A program made the translations under genes and the position numbers. A stretch of 64,000 nucleotides of DNA from Burkholderiales bacterium (GTDB lineage Bacteria; Pseudomonadota; Gammaproteobacteria; Burkholderiales; SG8-39), in contig JACZJV010000050.1 in assembly GCA_014860355.1 (NCBI GenBank), positions 14,733 to 78,732 of the forward strand, given 5' to 3'. Positions 1 through 8,122 of the stretch are shown here, one piece after another (position 1 is the first letter of the stretch; each line of letters starts with the position of its first letter). The notes under the pieces were generated by a model. It saw nothing but the letters and a program-made list of their open reading frames with translations. It was not told where the DNA came from and ran no database searches.

Positions 1-89
1 AGCTGGCGTCGCACGTATATCGAGCGGGTCCGCCCGACATTTACGCCACGGCCTGCTTGGGGTAGATTTTGTCGTCGAAAGAACGACAT

Positions 90-701
90 ATGCTTGACAG
101 CGCAGGAGCATTCATGGACAGGACGCAGGAACGCAAACTGGAGATAGATTCCGCGGTTGCCGACATTCGCGCCCTCGAGCAAAGCGCGGGCGTTACGCGC
201 TCCAGCCTCGCGAAAATCAGGCAGCGGCTGATCCGGCTAGCCGCGCGCACCGATCTGTTCACCATGCAGGATTTCCCGCCGCCCGAGCCCGGTGGCAAGC
301 GTCAGTCCTGCCTGTATCGCCTGGCCGAGGACGCGGACCACCGCTACGCGCTGTATGCGAATTCGTCCTTGGGCGGATACGCCACGCCGGCGCATAACCA
401 CACCACCTGGGCGGTCATCGTCGGCGTGAGCGGCGAAGAGCTGAACCGTTTCTACGAGCGCACCGCCGATAACGGCGTGCGCGAAAAAGGGCAGCACGTG
501 GTGCGCCAGGGCTCGGGTGTGTCCTTCATGCCGGAGGACCTGCATTCGATACACATCGATGCGCCTTTGCTGAATTTTCATATGTACGGCCTTGCCCTGG
601 AGCAGTTGCACCGGCGCGAGTTCTACCAGCCGGAACTGCGGACCTGGGATATTTTTCCGCCGCATACCGACATCCGCGAAGCCCGGCCGGAGCGCGCATG
701 A
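90..701 (+). CDS. cysteine dioxygenase type I-like cupin protein
   Basis: ORF 69..701 opens with TTG; the first in-frame ATG is at 90. Cupin motif 1 is PAHNHTTWAV (H-x-H) and motif 2 has the His in EDLHSIH, giving a 3-His metal site as in CDO-like cupins. The stop overlaps the next start (ATGA at 698-701). Confidence 0.7.
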   Translation: MLDSAGAFMDRTQERKLEIDSAVADIRALEQSAGVTRSSLAKIRQRLIRLAARTDLFTMQDFPPPEPGGKRQSCLYRLAEDADHRYALYANSSLGGYATPAHNHTTWAVIVGVSGEELNRFYERTADNGVREKGQHVVRQGSGVSFMPEDLHSIHIDAPLLNFHMYGLALEQLHRREFYQPELRTWDIFPPHTDIREARPERA

Positions 702-2299
702 ATCGCAGCATTTCAGCTGCGGCGCTGCGCGAACTGCTGCTCGCGGACACCGAATTCGCCCTGCTCGACGTGCGCGAACAGGGCGTGCACTGTCAGGGAC
801 ATCCGTTCTTCGCCTGCGCGCTGCCGCTCTCCAGGCTGGAAATGCTGGTCGACGACCTGCTGCCGCGGCGCAGCGCTCCCCTGGTGCTGCTCGACGGCGG
901 CAGCGAGGGCCTGGCCGAGCGCGCAGCGGCAAAGCTCTCAGTTCTGGGCTACAGCGACGTCGCGATACTGGAGGGCGGCAGCGCCGGCTGGAAGGCGGCC
1001 GGGGGCGAGCTGTTTTCCGGCATCAACGTTCCGTCCAAGGCCTTCGGCGAATTCGTCGAGCACCACTACGACACCCCGCGGGTGCCGCCGCAGGAAATCA
1101 AGCGGCTGCAGGACAGCGGCAGAAAACTTGTCATCCTCGATTCGCGGCCTTACGAGGAATACCAGCGCATGAACATTCCGGGCGCGCTGGACGCGCCGGG
1201 AGCGGAACTGCTGTATCGGGTGCACGAGCTCGCGCCCGACCCCGACACGCTGGTGGTGGTCAATTGCGCCGGCCGCACGCGCAGCATCATCGGCTGCCAG
1301 TCGCTCAGGAACGCCGGCATACCGAACCAGGTGGTGGCGCTGAAGGATGGCACCATGGGTTGGGAACTGGCCGGCTTTCAGTGCGAGCGCGGCTCGACCG
1401 CGCAGGCGCCCGTGCCCGGCCCGGAGGGCGAAAAGCGGGCACGTGCCGCCGCGGAACACGTAGCGCGGCGCTTCGAAGTGAAATTCGCCTCGCGCGCGCA
1501 GGTCGAATCCTGGCAGCGCGATTCCAGCCGCAGCCTGTACCTGCTCGACGTGCGCACCGCGCAGGAATTCGAGCGCATGCGCATCGCCGGTTCGCGTCAT
1601 GCGCCCGGAGGACAGCTGATTCAGGCGACCGACGAATACGTCGGCGTGCGCGGCGCGCGCATCGTTTGCATAGACCCGGCGCGGGTGCGCTCGGTGATGA
1701 CCGCTTCCTGGCTGAATCAGATGGGCTGGAGCGAGGTCCATGTGCTCGAACCCGAAGGCGGGAACGGTTTCGCCGGCTGGAAGCTGGAGGCCGGCCCGCG
1801 CGTGCGGACTGCGGCCGGGTTCAAGCCCTGGCGCACGACGAGCGCGCGGGAACTGGCGCTGCGCCGGCAGCAGGGCGGGATAGCCGTGATCGATCTTGCC
1901 ACCAGCCTCAGGTTTCGCGAGCGCCATATTCCGGGCGCCTGGTGGGCGGTGCGCGCGCGACTCGACGAGGCGCGCGCGAAACTGCCCGATGCGCGCGCGC
2001 TGGTGCTGACTTCGGACGAGGGCACGCTCGCGCATCTGGCGGCGCCGGAGGCCGCGGCGCTATGGCCCGATGCCGAGTTGAGCGTGCTCGAAGGCGGCAA
2101 TGCGCAATGGTTCGCCGAGTCGCTGCCCGCCGAGACGGGAATGCAAAGGGCGACGAGCTCGCTCGACGACGTCTGGTACAAGCCCTACGACCAGGCCCGG
2201 GACTACGAGAAGCACGCGCGTGCCTATCTCGACTGGGAAGTCGCGCTGGTCGAGCAAATCAAGCGCGACCCGGCCATCCGTTTTCGCGCGTACGACTGA
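698..2299 (+). CDS. multi-domain rhodanese-like sulfurtransferase (four tandem modules)
   Basis: 533 aa with four ~110-aa rhodanese-like repeats. Catalytic-loop Cys is present in module 2 (VNCAGRTRS) and module 3 (VCIDPARVRS). Modules 1 and 4 carry D/S at that position (LLDGGSEG, LTSDEGT). GC3-rich coding frame. Confidence 0.85.
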   Translation: MNRSISAAALRELLLADTEFALLDVREQGVHCQGHPFFACALPLSRLEMLVDDLLPRRSAPLVLLDGGSEGLAERAAAKLSVLGYSDVAILEGGSAGWKAAGGELFSGINVPSKAFGEFVEHHYDTPRVPPQEIKRLQDSGRKLVILDSRPYEEYQRMNIPGALDAPGAELLYRVHELAPDPDTLVVVNCAGRTRSIIGCQSLRNAGIPNQVVALKDGTMGWELAGFQCERGSTAQAPVPGPEGEKRARAAAEHVARRFEVKFASRAQVESWQRDSSRSLYLLDVRTAQEFERMRIAGSRHAPGGQLIQATDEYVGVRGARIVCIDPARVRSVMTASWLNQMGWSEVHVLEPEGGNGFAGWKLEAGPRVRTAAGFKPWRTTSARELALRRQQGGIAVIDLATSLRFRERHIPGAWWAVRARLDEARAKLPDARALVLTSDEGTLAHLAAPEAAALWPDAELSVLEGGNAQWFAESLPAETGMQRATSSLDDVWYKPYDQARDYEKHARAYLDWEVALVEQIKRDPAIRFRAYD

Positions 2300-2340
2300 T
2301 TGCCCGGGGGGCGCTTGCCTTTCGGGATCGGCCCCTATCG

Positions 2341-2547
2341 TCAATCCTCCGCGTACATGCTGACCGCACGCGTGCGCTTCGGTCCGGCGGCATAGCGTTC
2401 CATTTTCACCAGGATGGGGAATAGCTCCTCCAGCTTGGCGTGGGCGGCGGCTTCGGTTTGGAAGGTCAGCAGCTTTCCATCCGGCCCCTTGACGTCGTGC
2501 CAGGCCTGCGAGTCCTGCTCGTCTTCCTGCACCTGCAGCTTGAACAT
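2341..2547 (-). CDS. small acidic hypothetical protein (68 aa)
   Basis: ATG preceded by GAGGGGG at SD distance. Consistent GC3-rich codon usage. No family recognised. Confidence 0.6.
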   Translation of the reverse strand: MFKLQVQEDEQDSQAWHDVKGPDGKLLTFQTEAAAHAKLEELFPILVKMERYAAGPKRTRAVSMYAED

Positions 2548-2651
2548 GATGATCCCCCTCAGAGTCTGGCGCTATTGAATCAAATTGTGCCGTCTGACCG
2601 CGTGGCGGTGTTGATATTGATCATACAGCCTGAAGGCCACTGGCAGTGGCT

Positions 2652-3047
2652 TCAGTTGTCGCCGATATGCGCGATTGCCTCGATTTCCACCAGGACCTCG
2701 GGGGTGCCGAGCGCGCTGACTTCGACCAGGGTGGAGGCAGGGAAATCGCCGACGAAAAATTCCTGCCGCGCGCGCCAGACTTCCTTGTTCTGCCTGATAT
2801 CGACTACGTATATCGTCACTCTCACCACGTCATCGGTCGTACCTCCGGCGGCTTCGACCAGGTTCTTGATCTTGGTGAATATGATTCTCGCCTGCTCGTA
2901 TTCGCCTTTGCCCTCGATGGTGCTGCCGTCGCTGGAACGCGAGACCTGCCCGGAAATGAAAAGAAATGCGCCCGCGCGAATTGCATTCGACCAGCGCCCG
3001 GGCGGGGCTTCGGCAACAGCGGGACTGTAGACGCGTGTCTTCGGCAT
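2652..3047 (-). CDS. RidA/YjgF/endoribonuclease L-PSP family protein
   Basis: Start taken at the internal ATG (MPKTRVYSP...) of ORF 2652..3131. Typical RidA length (131 aa) and motifs (ISGQ..., IYVVD, EIEAIA). Confidence 0.85.
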   Translation of the reverse strand: MPKTRVYSPAVAEAPPGRWSNAIRAGAFLFISGQVSRSSDGSTIEGKGEYEQARIIFTKIKNLVEAAGGTTDDVVRVTIYVVDIRQNKEVWRARQEFFVGDFPASTLVEVSALGTPEVLVEIEAIAHIGDN

Positions 3048-3185
3048 GAGGCGCTCCTTTTGTGGAGGATGGAAAAATGTTGTAGCCTGCCTGTGAGCAT
3101 TCTTGCCGCAATTTACCGGGACGGCAAGCAAAGCGAGGTTCTGCCGGCCGGGCTACACGGTTTCGCCGGGAACGAAAGGAGGCTT

Positions 3186-3938
3186 GTGCATTCCGACGCA
3201 TTAATCGATGCCGTGCGCGATTGGATAGCCGCCGCAGAGCGCGTGGTGGTCCTCACCGGGGCGGGCATTTCCACCGAATCGGGGATTCCTGATTTTCGCG
3301 GGCCGCAGGGAGTGTGGACGCGCGATCCGCAGGCGGAGAAGCTCTCCAACATCCGCTATTACATGGCCGACGCGGAAATACGCAAGAAGGCGTGGCAGCA
3401 GCGCCTGGTGCATCCGGCCTGGGAGGCACAGCCGAACGCGGGCCACCAGGCCCTGGTCGCACTCGAGCGCCGCGGCAAGCTGCACGCGCTGATCACGCAG
3501 AATATCGACGGGCTGCACCAGAAGGCGGGGAATTCGCCCGAGCGCGTGATCGAGGTGCACGGAACAGTGCTGAAAGTGGTGTGCATGAGCTGCGGCTGGA
3601 AGGGGCCGATGCAGGAGACGCTGCTGCGCCTGCTCACCGGCGAGGACGACCCGCCCTGCACCTTGTGCGGCGGCATCCTCAAGAGCGACACCGTCTCCTT
3701 CGGCCAGAATCTGGTGCCCGAGGTGATCGAGCGGGCGATGCGCTCCGCCGGCGAAGCCGACTGTTTCGTTGCGGTGGGCACCAGCCTGCAGGTCTATCCC
3801 ATCGCGGGCGCGGTAGCCGAAGCGAAGTCGGCCGGCGCTCGCGTGGTGATCGTCAATGCCGAACCGACGCCCTTCGACGATATCGCCGACGCGGTGCTTT
3901 CCGATTCAATCGGCAAGACCCTGCCGCGGATATTTTGA
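3186..3938 (+). CDS. cobB: NAD-dependent protein deacylase, Sir2 family
   Basis: C-terminal 250 aa of ORF 2646..3938. Motifs GAGISTESGIPDFRG, QNIDGLH, and zinc ribbon CMSCG...CTLCGG. Start is uncertain: GTG 3186 sits just after AGGAGG, and ATG 3070 is the alternative. The ORF part before 3070 overlaps ridA antisense and is not coding. Confidence 0.85.
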   Translation: MHSDALIDAVRDWIAAAERVVVLTGAGISTESGIPDFRGPQGVWTRDPQAEKLSNIRYYMADAEIRKKAWQQRLVHPAWEAQPNAGHQALVALERRGKLHALITQNIDGLHQKAGNSPERVIEVHGTVLKVVCMSCGWKGPMQETLLRLLTGEDDPPCTLCGGILKSDTVSFGQNLVPEVIERAMRSAGEADCFVAVGTSLQVYPIAGAVAEAKSAGARVVIVNAEPTPFDDIADAVLSDSIGKTLPRIF

Positions 3939-4018
3939 AGGGCCGTTTCAGAACGACCGAAATGGCCCCGGATCGAGGGGGGTACGGGGGGAGCGCCCCC
4001 GGAATTCCTGGTCTGCCC

Positions 4019-4231
4019 TCAATGCCTGGCGGGCGTTGCAAACATCGCTTTGACGCCGTGCGCCACACCGAGGGCGCCCGAGCGTATGCCCGCGAGCGCG
4101 CGCGTAGAAATGTCGGCAATGCGTTCGCCGTCGTGGATGTAGGCATTGATGTGCAGACGCTCGCGCCTGCTCAGGTGCAGATCGTCCAGCCGGCCAAACA
4201 TGCCGGAGCTGGATTGTGGGTCATATATCAT
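4019..4231 (-). CDS. hypothetical small protein (70 aa)
   Basis: ATG-initiated and mostly GC3-rich. Lies directly downstream of the 4283..4666 gene on the same strand. No family recognised and the SD is weak. Confidence 0.4.
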   Translation of the reverse strand: MIYDPQSSSGMFGRLDDLHLSRRERLHINAYIHDGERIADISTRALAGIRSGALGVAHGVKAMFATPARH

Positions 4232-4282
4232 GGCGTTCGTCTCGCTTTGCGATTGGAGATCCGGGATCGGCGCAGATCCCGC

Positions 4283-4666
4283 TCAGTAGTGGGTCATTCC
4301 GGTGCGTTCGTAATGACGCTGGCGTTGTTCCAGGTCAGACAGGTTCTCGGACGCGGCGAAGAAGCTGTCGCGCAGGAAGTTGTCGTCGTGGTCGAACCAG
4401 GCGCCCACCGCAGCGAACCATGCGCCCACGGCAGCGAACAGCGGTTTGAGCATGCGCGCGATTTCGGCATTGCGATGGCTGCGCGCGATCTGCTCGATCG
4501 CATGAATGTCGAGCGCGGTTTCGTTCGCGGCCTCGATCTGGATATTGCTGCGCACAAAATCCGGCGCGGGGGCAGGTGATCTGAAAACCCTGAGGGCAGA
4601 CTCGCCTAAGGCGGCGTCGGGGCGTAGAATGCTGTCACCTTCGTACAGCGGAGCATAAAGTCTCAT
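4283..4666 (-). CDS. hypothetical protein with DUF3563-like C-terminus
   Basis: ATG 4666 (MRLYAPLY) is preceded by GAAGGGA with a 6-nt spacer. The C-terminal W-F-D...FFAASENLSDLEQRQRHYERTG resembles the short Burkholderiales DUF3563 proteins as I remember them. Contains an in-frame AAVGAWF x2 duplication. Confidence 0.6.
   Translation of the reverse strand: MRLYAPLYEGDSILRPDAALGESALRVFRSPAPAPDFVRSNIQIEAANETALDIHAIEQIARSHRNAEIARMLKPLFAAVGAWFAAVGAWFDHDDNFLRDSFFAASENLSDLEQRQRHYERTGMTHY
4394..4435. repeat. in-frame 21-bp tandem duplication (2 copies, 19/21 identical)
   Basis: GAACCAGGCGCCCACCGCAGC / GAACCATGCGCCCACGGCAGC. On the minus strand both copies encode AAVGAWF, and both differences fall at third codon positions. 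Confidence 0.9.
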
Positions 4667-4747
4667 GGCAATTCCCTTCAAAATCCGGTTGATTCAGCAC
4701 AGATATCGTGCCGTATGTCCAGGATAATAAGGACTTAATTGCGCAAT

Positions 4748-4767
4748 ATCCAATCGCATGATCGGAT
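4748..4767. promoter_or_regulatory. candidate LysR-type operator (ATCC-N12-GGAT dyad)
   Basis: ATCCAATCGCATGATCGGAT lies in the AT-rich divergent region between the LysR gene and 4283..4666. Confidence 0.3.
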
Positions 4768-4868
4768 AGCCGCCATCGCTTTAGCTTATACTCGACATAA
4801 ATCCATGATGCATTGCAACAATTTTGCCGGGGTCCGGCCCTGGTTCAACCAAAAAGAACGGAACTGAC

Positions 4869-5783
4869 ATGGAGCTTTATCAGCTGCGCAGCTTTGTCGC
4901 GGTAGCCGAGGTCGGGCACCTGACCCGTGCCGCAGAGAAGCTGCACGTGAGCCAGCCGGCCGTCAGCGCGCAGATCAAGGCGCTAGAGGACGAACTCGAT
5001 CTCGCGCTGTTCGAGCGCACTTCCAGCGGCATGACCCTGACCCGGGCCGGGGAGCGGCTGCTGGCGGACGCGGAGAAGGTGCTTGCTGCAGCGCAAGGCA
5101 TGCGCAACGAGGCGAAAGCGCTCAAAGGCGAGGTCGCCGGCAAGTTGCGCGTGGGCACGACCTCGGATCCGGGCTTCATCCGCGTCGGCGAATTTCTCAA
5201 CACCACGGTCGAACGCCACCCCCTGCTGCAGGTGGAACTGCATCACGAGATCACCGGCGCGGCGTTCGCCATGGTGCGCGACGGCGAACTGGATGCCAGC
5301 TTTTACTATGGCGATCTGGAGCACCCTAGCGTGGAAGGCCTGCGGCTGCGCGCGAGCGCCTATCGCGTTGCCGCGCCGGCGGCCTGGTCCGGCCGTGTGG
5401 TGAATGCCGACTGGGGCGCCATAGCGAACCAGCCCTGGGTCACCACGCCGTCGATCAGCACCCACCACAAGCTGCTGCGGGCATTGTTCGACAAGCACGG
5501 CATGGAGCCGACCACGGTGGTCGAGGCCGACCAGGAGTCGGTCATCGCGAACCTGGTTGTATCCGGGGTCGGGCTGTCGCTGATCCGCGAGGATCTTGCG
5601 CTCGAAAAAGCGGCGGCGGGCGAAGTATGCCTCTGGGGCGATGTGCGCCTGGAAACCATACTCTGGTTCATCTACCTGCGCGCGCGCGCGGACGACCCGG
5701 CGATACGCGCGCTGCTCGGAGTATTGCGCGACACCTGGAAACTGGGCGATCAGCCGGCGCACAGGATCGGCCAGCCCGCCTGA
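4869..5783 (+). CDS. LysR family transcriptional regulator
   Basis: Internal ATG (MELYQLRSFVAVAEVGHLTRAAEKLHVSQPAVSAQIKALE) gives the canonical LysR N-terminal wHTH plus a substrate-binding domain. Divergent from 4283..4666. Confidence 0.9.
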   Translation: MELYQLRSFVAVAEVGHLTRAAEKLHVSQPAVSAQIKALEDELDLALFERTSSGMTLTRAGERLLADAEKVLAAAQGMRNEAKALKGEVAGKLRVGTTSDPGFIRVGEFLNTTVERHPLLQVELHHEITGAAFAMVRDGELDASFYYGDLEHPSVEGLRLRASAYRVAAPAAWSGRVVNADWGAIANQPWVTTPSISTHHKLLRALFDKHGMEPTTVVEADQESVIANLVVSGVGLSLIREDLALEKAAAGEVCLWGDVRLETILWFIYLRARADDPAIRALLGVLRDTWKLGDQPAHRIGQPA

Positions 5784-5802
5784 GCCGGGCGCCGGACTGG
5801 CT

Positions 5803-7038
5803 TCAGGCGGCGTAAGCCGGACGCGCGCGCGAGCGATAGAGCAGGGCTGCGACGATCGCGATATTGACCAGGTTCCAGGCTATGCCGTTGAGGAAAGCTG
5901 CGCGATACGAGCCGGTGAGGTCGAATATCGCGCCCGACATCCAGCCCCCCAGCGCCATGCCGAACAGGGTCGCCATCAACACCGTACCCACGCGCGCGCC
6001 GGCTTCGCGCGGCGTGAAATGCTCGCGCACGATGAGGGCGTAGGCGGGCACGATGCCGCCCTGGAACAATCCGAACATCGCGGATACCAGGTAGAGCGAT
6101 ACCAGCCCGTCGAACGGCAGGTACATGAACAGCGCAATGCATTGCAGCGTGGATCCTAGGAGCAGGGTGCGCAGGCCGCCGATATGATCCGAAATCCAGC
6201 CGAAGCCGAGCCGGCTGACGATGCCAAAACCGAGCATCAGCGAGAGCATTTGCGCGCCGCGCGCGGGGCCATAGCCCAGATCGCCGCAATAGGCGACGAT
6301 GTGCACCTGCGGCATGGACATGGCGACGCAGCAGGCGACGCCGGCCACGCATAGCAGGGTCAGCAGGGTTGCCGGCGAGAGCCCGAGCTTGCCTTCGGCG
6401 CCGGCCGCGGACCCTGGCGCAGTACCCGCAACGAGTTGCGCCAGGACCGGCGGGCGCCGCCGCAGGAACAGGGCGAGCGGCGGCATCGCCGCGAGGCAAA
6501 ACAGCCCGATGCCGACATAGGTCTGGCGCCAGCCGGCGCTGTCGATGAAATGCTGGATCAGCGGAGGCCAAAGCGAGCCTGCGAGATAGTTGCCGCTGAT
6601 GCAGATCGCGACGGCGATGCCGCGGCGGCGCGTGAACCAGAGCGAAATGTCCGCCACCAGCGGCGCAAACGTAGCCGAGGTGCCGAGCAGTCCGATCAGC
6701 AGCCCCTGCGCGAGGTTGAATTGCCACATGCTGCCGGCATTGCCAGCGGCGACGAATCCCGCCGCGAGTCCGATGGCACCGACGAGGACCGGGACCATCA
6801 CGCCGTAGCGGTCCGACAGGCGTCCCATGAGGACGCCGCCCAGCCCGAAGCCGATCATGGTAAAGGCATAGGGCAGGGACGCATCCGAGCGCCCCACGCC
6901 GAAATCGGCCTGCACGCGCGGGAGCACCACGGTGATCGCGTACATGCCGGAACCGCCGATGGTCATCAGCGCCAGCGCGGCGCACAGCCGCGCCCAGGCG
7001 TAGCGCGACTCGACCAGGGATTTGGGCTCTGTCGGCAT
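5803..7038 (-). CDS. MFS transporter (oxalate/formate antiporter-like)
   Basis: 411 aa, about 12 hydrophobic segments, MFS loop motif GRLSDRYG. Confidence 0.85.
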   Translation of the reverse strand: MPTEPKSLVESRYAWARLCAALALMTIGGSGMYAITVVLPRVQADFGVGRSDASLPYAFTMIGFGLGGVLMGRLSDRYGVMVPVLVGAIGLAAGFVAAGNAGSMWQFNLAQGLLIGLLGTSATFAPLVADISLWFTRRRGIAVAICISGNYLAGSLWPPLIQHFIDSAGWRQTYVGIGLFCLAAMPPLALFLRRRPPVLAQLVAGTAPGSAAGAEGKLGLSPATLLTLLCVAGVACCVAMSMPQVHIVAYCGDLGYGPARGAQMLSLMLGFGIVSRLGFGWISDHIGGLRTLLLGSTLQCIALFMYLPFDGLVSLYLVSAMFGLFQGGIVPAYALIVREHFTPREAGARVGTVLMATLFGMALGGWMSGAIFDLTGSYRAAFLNGIAWNLVNIAIVAALLYRSRARPAYAA

Positions 7039-7079
7039 TCAGCACACGAGCGGTGAATGCCTACAGACCCTAGCCGCTG

Positions 7080-8096
7080 TCAAAACCCCTCGAGCGCGAT
7101 CTTGCCCAGCGTGTGACCGCCCTCGATCAGTTTGTGCGCGCGCTTCAGGTTGGCGGCGTTGATCTTGCCCAGATTGCTCGTGAGCGTCGTCTTCAGCGTG
7201 CCAGCTTCGATCAGCGCCGCAGTTTCGTTGAGCAGATTGTGCTGCTCGATCATGTCCGGCGTGTTGAACGTGGAACGGGTGAACATGAATTCCCAGGCGA
7301 GCGTCACGCTCTTGCCCATGAGCGGCGTCAGATCGACCGGCTTTTGCGCCGACACGATGGCGCACATCTTGCCCAGCGGCTTGATGATGGGCGCGAATGC
7401 GGGCAGCCAGCGGTCGGTGTTGTTGAGGCAGAAAATGTAATCGACTTCCTTCATCCCCAGCGCTTCGAGCTGCGGTGCCAGATCCTTGTTGTGGTCGATG
7501 ACCTGGTCCGCGCCCAGGGCGCGCACCCAGGCCAGCGATTCGGGCCGCGAGGCGGTGGCGACGACCTTGAGGCCGGCAAGCTTTTTCGCCAGCTGTATCG
7601 CGATCGAGCCTACGCCGCCGCCGCCCGCGATGATGAGCAACGACTTGCCGGCGTGCGCGCCCGATCGGGATATGCCCATGCGGTCGAACATGCCTTCCCA
7701 GGCAGTGATGGTGGTGAGCGGCAAGGCGGCCGCTTCGGCGAAATCCAGATTCGCGGGTTTCCTGCCGACGATGCGCTCATCGACCAGGTGGAATTCGCTG
7801 TTTCCCCCGGGCCGCACGATGCTGCCGGCGTAATACACCGCATCACCGGGCCTGAACAGCGAGACCTCCGCCCCCACCGATTTGACCACGCCGGCGACAT
7901 CCCAGCCGAGCACCCTGGGGGTCTTTTCGACCAGGTCCTTGGGTGCGCGCCGCTTGGTGTCGACCGGATTCACCGAGATGGCCTTCACTTCGACCAGCAG
8001 ATCGCGCCCGCTTGCGCTGGGCGTGTCCAACTCCAGGTCGAGGAAGGATTCCGGATCGTCGATGGGAAGATAGCGGTAGAGTCCGACTGCTTTCAT
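7080..8096 (-). CDS. zinc-binding alcohol dehydrogenase family / quinone oxidoreductase-like protein
   Basis: 338 aa MDR-superfamily fold with nucleotide-binding AGGGGVGSIAIQLAK. Confidence 0.9.
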   Translation of the reverse strand: MKAVGLYRYLPIDDPESFLDLELDTPSASGRDLLVEVKAISVNPVDTKRRAPKDLVEKTPRVLGWDVAGVVKSVGAEVSLFRPGDAVYYAGSIVRPGGNSEFHLVDERIVGRKPANLDFAEAAALPLTTITAWEGMFDRMGISRSGAHAGKSLLIIAGGGGVGSIAIQLAKKLAGLKVVATASRPESLAWVRALGADQVIDHNKDLAPQLEALGMKEVDYIFCLNNTDRWLPAFAPIIKPLGKMCAIVSAQKPVDLTPLMGKSVTLAWEFMFTRSTFNTPDMIEQHNLLNETAALIEAGTLKTTLTSNLGKINAANLKRAHKLIEGGHTLGKIALEGF

Positions 8097-8122
8097 ATAT
8101 TCCTCCTGAACCGGCCAGATGA

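Noticed and set aside
592-2424. 610-aa plus-strand ORF overlapping the rhodanese gene in another frame.
   Set aside because: It has an Arg/Ala/Gly/Pro-rich low-complexity translation with no motifs. The overlapping frame (698..2299) has clear rhodanese modules. This is a typical GC-rich shadow ORF.
2646-3185. N-terminal 180 codons of the 430-aa ORF containing the Sir2 gene.
   Set aside because: This part overlaps the ridA gene on the opposite strand and has no Sir2 homology. The Sir2 domain starts at about 3186.
3940-3968. 10-bp hairpin (GGGCCGTTTC/GAAATGGCCC) after the Sir2 gene, considered as a terminator. Similar CCGAAATGGCC-containing stems occur near 35279-35311.
   Set aside because: No U-tract follows on either strand, so it cannot be supported as an intrinsic terminator. 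The shared 11-mer is too short to call a repeat family.
4394-4435. Direct repeat considered as a CRISPR or VNTR-like array.
   Set aside because: It has only two copies and no spacers. It lies in frame inside a CDS and encodes an identical heptapeptide twice.
5750-7045. 431-aa minus-strand ORF overlapping the MFS gene in another frame.
   Set aside because: It has an Arg/Pro/Ala-rich translation. The 5803..7038 frame gives a coherent 12-TM MFS protein.
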